Positions 62,601 to 64,000 of a stretch of DNA of 64,000 nucleotides are shown piece after piece; positions within the stretch are counted from its first letter, which is position 1, and each line of letters starts with the position of its first letter. The position numbers and the translations under genes were made by a program. Source of the DNA: an uncultured Bacteroidales bacterium. Lineage in GTDB: Bacteria; Bacteroidota; Bacteroidia; Bacteroidales; Bacteroidaceae. Below the pieces are notes generated by a model. That model was not told the DNA's origin, searched no databases, and saw only the letters and a list, made by a program, of their open reading frames with translations. The stretch is from NCBI GenBank assembly GCA_902771725.1, contig CACXXT010000010.1:18193-82192 (forward strand), in the 5' to 3' direction.

Positions 62601-64000
62601 GGAAGCTGGTTGTACTGAGCAATGGTGATTTCAGGAGACAGGCTGTAATAGTCCGTACCATAGTTAGTGATGTTCAGTCCACGATAACCATCCACGAAGG
62701 TCAGGTTGCCATCACCGTACAGACCACCCGTATGTCCTGTGCCCAGCGTAATCAGGTCACGATGATAGACATCGTGGATAGAGGCTGTGGCGTTACCGAA
62801 TACCGTAGTGGTGTTAGCATAGACGGTGGAAGAACCGGATGAGGTGTTACCGCCGGCGAATACAGCGTTGAAGATCGTGATACCCGAAAGATCCAAGCCA
62901 TCCCAACCACCATCGTTCTTGTTGCCTAATGTATGAAGGTCTTCGGTGGTTACATATTCACCTGCAGCATAGTCGTGACCATTGACGGTGACATCAGACG
63001 TCGCCTTACAATAAGGCTCAATCAGCACCTTGCAGTCCTCTGTCAGCACAAACTCACCTTCATCCTTTACCCATTTCGAGGCATCGATAGCGGTAGTTGG
63101 GTCGTAAGAAGTCGTTCCAATATTGTAGGCATAATAGTATCCCTCGTGTCCGTCGTCATAGCGTTCGCCGTCTTTAACACCGACATAGAGTTTGTCGTCC
63201 TTCTCATAGGCACTGTACACATAACCGATATCGCCGCCACCGAAGACGTTGCCGTTCTCGCGTTCCAGCTCCTTGGCAGTACCTATCGTACCGCCATGTA
63301 TATCTACCTCTGTCTGTCCGAAGACGTAACCGTCGGAGTAGAGCGTACCGCCTTCACCCAGGTTGTTATATCCTCGACCGCCGCCGAATACGTTGCGGTG
63401 GACGTTGCCTTCAAAGAGTGTCACATTAGCCTTACCGGCCTTATAGATGCCCTTCAGGGTACGAACGCTGTTGTCAACGCCTGTTGCCTCGATGACGCCA
63501 CGTCCGATAGCGGCAATCTCGCCACCACCGAAGAGGGCGTTACGAACGTGACCGCCATACATCTTTACGTTGGTGGCATCCACACTACTGTTGTCGATAT
63601 AACCGCCGCCGAAGATACAGCCGCTGTCGTACAGACGGTTTGTGCCATCGCCCGACGAGGTCTCGTCGTGCAGTTTCTCCTGATAGTAGTCAGAGCCTAC
63701 CTGTATGTAGTCGAGGTCGGTATCTGTTGTTGGCACAGCGCCGAAGCGACGATAACCGATAAATCCATTGTTGAGGGTGATGTTGGCCGTTCCGAATACA
63801 GGACCACCTTCACCACCACCATAGGCATTACGCTCGATGGCAGGAATACCGTCGGTGAAGCTTGTACCGTCCTTCTTACCGATGATGACGTTGGTTTCAC
63901 CAAGGACATCCGCCGTCGTAGCAGCATCAATGGCTCCTTCGTGATAACCTACGCTGCCTTGCCAACCGCCGCCATAGACGTTACGTGCCGTACCGCCTTC
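56621..64000 (-). CDS. giant T9SS-sorted protein (N-terminus beyond right edge) with YGGG repeats and a GLUG-type module
   Basis: The track starts it at GTG 63736, but my translation shows the same frame stays open to nt 64000 (EGGTARNVYGGGWQGSVGYHEG...NAYGGGEGGPVFGTANITLNNGFIGYRRFGAVPTTDTDL), so it is more than 2459 aa. The C-terminus ...VRIYNISGLAIANFTIQPGETTNTYTPAAGVYIIRAANGRIQKKIAIK is T9SS CTD-like. Confidence 0.8.
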   Translation of the reverse strand, partial: EGGTARNVYGGGWQGSVGYHEGAIDAATTADVLGETNVIIGKKDGTSFTDGIPAIERNAYGGGEGGPVFGTANITLNNGFIGYRRFGAVPTTDTDLDYIQVGSDYYQEKLHDETSSGDGTNRLYDSGCIFGGGYIDNSSVDATNVKMYGGHVRNALFGGGEIAAIGRGVIEATGVDNSVRTLKGIYKAGKANVTLFEGNVHRNVFGGGRGYNNLGEGGTLYSDGYVFGQTEVDIHGGTIGTAKELERENGNVFGGGDIGYVYSAYEKDDKLYVGVKDGERYDDGHEGYYYAYNIGTTSYDPTTAIDASKWVKDEGEFVLTEDCKVLIEPYCKATSDVTVNGHDYAAGEYVTTEDLHTLGNKNDGGWDGLDLSGITIFNAVFAGGNTSSGSSTVYANTTTVFGNATASIHDVYHRDLITLGTGHTGGLYGDGNLTFVDGYRGLNITNYGTDYYSLSPEITIAQYNQLPEREADYYQLKYKCIKECTDKDGTTYHTASGESSKASTLTIDDLLTVFEGIKDGNVDLLLSNPTTGEKYPNPVYWEQNGVVPVYAGRLMNTIQRADFCGVFGSRMVMQGAQDRVPEIVDHTNYTINRVREVSLNQKLSVRTTDASDESKKVHGNYFGIYSIVNYLGALTSDVFFLPSKDVRVTDNASNPDFKTASKAYNNGGTPVASKAYGTATYYDWKAGFVNDRKRNNGTSKNKVALASGVYLELTTEQSTGDGLNEKDWGYITGVVELDLINVQPGMGGGFVYAKNVHKTGTYTQHKHNTLTLLNLGAVTRRDFTYEGADVEWETSGNFVHSTQTIIDDCYNISGKYKGSDAVPAHYWYIKGSVYVYDQYISAYTGAPNAYSETVDIPLTITAASHGTMKLLNVMPNKYAYYSAPGVKLEEGKKMVINEVEYHLNDPINYWDWFLLTSSEKNLFVDETYVTIADCKYSSEDVSIIPAGTVMLPDEYKTLKAAHPTVYHVEKQDNVDFDFVYRSSNNMSHDTGYMLTYKVNNPTQWDTWYTKVESATAAKKQKDEDLAGYEDGPTYHLASGEAGVLGQREYKISNLIAKSIYDTYQTMATGHSSAIPDGQAEFEEAYIVTSEYTKDDVHLNVGSTVSATQAAGMSGYVAPAYICTSTIQLSKTEFIYVGNRMTETEKTTYYNTYKDSNPALAKMIQDDIVPAYYCTRDGLYGGNYYEANKNYRGLEVWSSMSKTDRERFAFNYDAFDVLIDPLYSKNAEGTSVIYPEGKKYQYDSATGTLAAAKLNSAGYSLAKPVDYSATYNGSETSTHNGVTLKNGEEYSRTEYESLPNEKRHYTSIDVKAAGDVYVVNTAFQVGNSPYAVGTVISASTYSSLGDTDKANITTLTFTDDDVNKTYYYCRESYKVGENTEGVAVTGVTGISAAETGTYNVNDNVPVGLVITEDNYDDLANRQKDFSIHGIAPTETSTLYVSRFSDIFDLSKEKIITIVYEYNYEESDGSGAHVTPVSERHVVNIHVVFKSGIPYVEDIKAPQIVLPGTFVGVREPHVTPGAYEVTGGGWKLFEKKSDAESHINGIEYTPTADPLYWYQHGFYLAYYAKTYLGETYSNAVPVSVANYHDLTKVLNDTQHYYYVDNPTVKRNSKIYITDATNGATQLKQFYDLSKSSLNEHVRDCQNLEFILHTNVTVPSGSSTWTPIGEEGHCFSGNFHGDGYHIDGLDNSLFGRLCGNVYNLGVTGSFTSAGVADTGDGYVENCWINTSATSGFDANTKAVFGNPSDTNRKQVVNCYYPETKGYKAGDAVPMPESAFYNGTVGYDLNGFYLFKRYNDHETASGTSYKYYTIQDDGTLSTPQTKYYDKNATYCSSGVDGVYANGGYVEDRYADGDFRYADGVIPESEDERTLVDADDISHFYPIWPDDYFYFGQMLTYNWNDQRPHEEVPSHIVKNSGRLSISDESNRIYRAPAYYQSKTMDVAHFNPSVNLVAYAKTTNPSDAYLHPAYPNMTAIDFAGHNDSYWTLGRESGGSTAGADLFYRPLLDESGLNSITNRDETPNLLVYAPSEEVNKKTYDVLTGYFTEPAYSDYDETNYNDGHSGYKRVKAAPTWTVFGHLVQHDLKAISDQLLVDKKDFNCPISYQFVDDKRMWYQRIPDNYISLTNGWSTISLPFTAELVSTQDKGEITHFYSGSPSVDANGTKVGHEYWLSEYNGQKANTNPETDGFFTAAFNYPTSGDDEDKQVDNTFLWDYYYSKNVQQDANADIYQTRYQQGRTLAEYPLLAAAQPYMIGFPGKTFYEFDLSGEWQVRNTATTAPAQLDKQTISFVSEPEITIAVSDDEMNTSAIDGYKFMPNYMSKTIAGYLMNKDGNSFDKTPAEGSAATPFRPYFVATSPKQAPARSILIEGIESSFAFGEDEDPSGDNFGEGDLVFTIHNRTISITSSLREEADVRIYNISGLAIANFTIQPGETTNTYTPAAGVYIIRAANGRIQKKIAIK

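Noticed and set aside
63697-63930. 77-aa minus-strand ORF near the right edge, and the track's GTG start at 63736 for the giant gene.
   Set aside because: The giant-gene frame is open from 63736 to the window end and keeps encoding YGGG repeats. The 77-aa ORF is therefore an out-of-frame overlap, and GTG 63736 is only the first start-like codon in the window, not the real start.

Overview
This looks like a Bacteroidota chromosome segment, most likely Prevotellaceae. That placement is inferred from TAnnTTTG -7 promoter boxes, lipobox and T9SS C-terminal sorting signals, gene content, and a core GC of about 60% by rough hand counts. All family calls come from motifs I recognise by eye; no searches were run.

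Content, left to right:
1. nt 1-11.6k: a small lipoprotein gene, a giant BspA-type LRR surface-protein gene cut off from its own signal peptide by one in-frame TGA, and a 1300-aa GLUG/LRR T9SS protein.
2. nt 12.4-24.6k: a gene set matching the L-galactose -> D-tagaturonate -> KDG route described for Bacteroides vulgatus. It comprises an AKR dehydrogenase, an amidohydrolase lactonase, a FucP-type permease, a mutarotase, a Zn-MDR dehydrogenase, UxaB and UxaA. The set is physically split by a lower-GC, opposite-strand block of four secreted/lipoprotein genes.
3. nt 24.7-47.7k: housekeeping genes. These are SPFH, GH43, ndk, M23/LysM, DUF1599-like, DoxX/MauE-like, tpiA, SPOR, folE, CyuA-like, groES-groEL, BASS, an ABC exporter, nadK, pdxJ, DJ-1, ispD, GH127-like, and a His-rich metal permease fused to HMA.
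4. nt 47.9-64k: tRNA-Ser(CGA), then a lower-GC cluster of giant YGGG beta-helix-repeat proteins (more than 2459 aa, 2291 aa and 536 aa). The last two are separated only by a frameshift.

No rRNA, CRISPR, transposase, integrase or phage genes were seen.

The most unusual annotation-independent signals are:
- Many intergenic spacers each carry their own degenerate short-period (7-22 nt) tandem 'stutter' of a different word.
- Conserved enzymes (PdxJ, IspD, UxaA, an ABC ATPase, the GH127-like protein) carry in-frame polypyrimidine/polypurine low-complexity or hairpin insertions.

Together these suggest a genome-wide slippage or mini-insertion process. I found no clear-cut new defence or mobile system. 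The best candidates for something undescribed are this repeat/insertion phenomenon, the four-gene secreted module, and the giant-protein operon.
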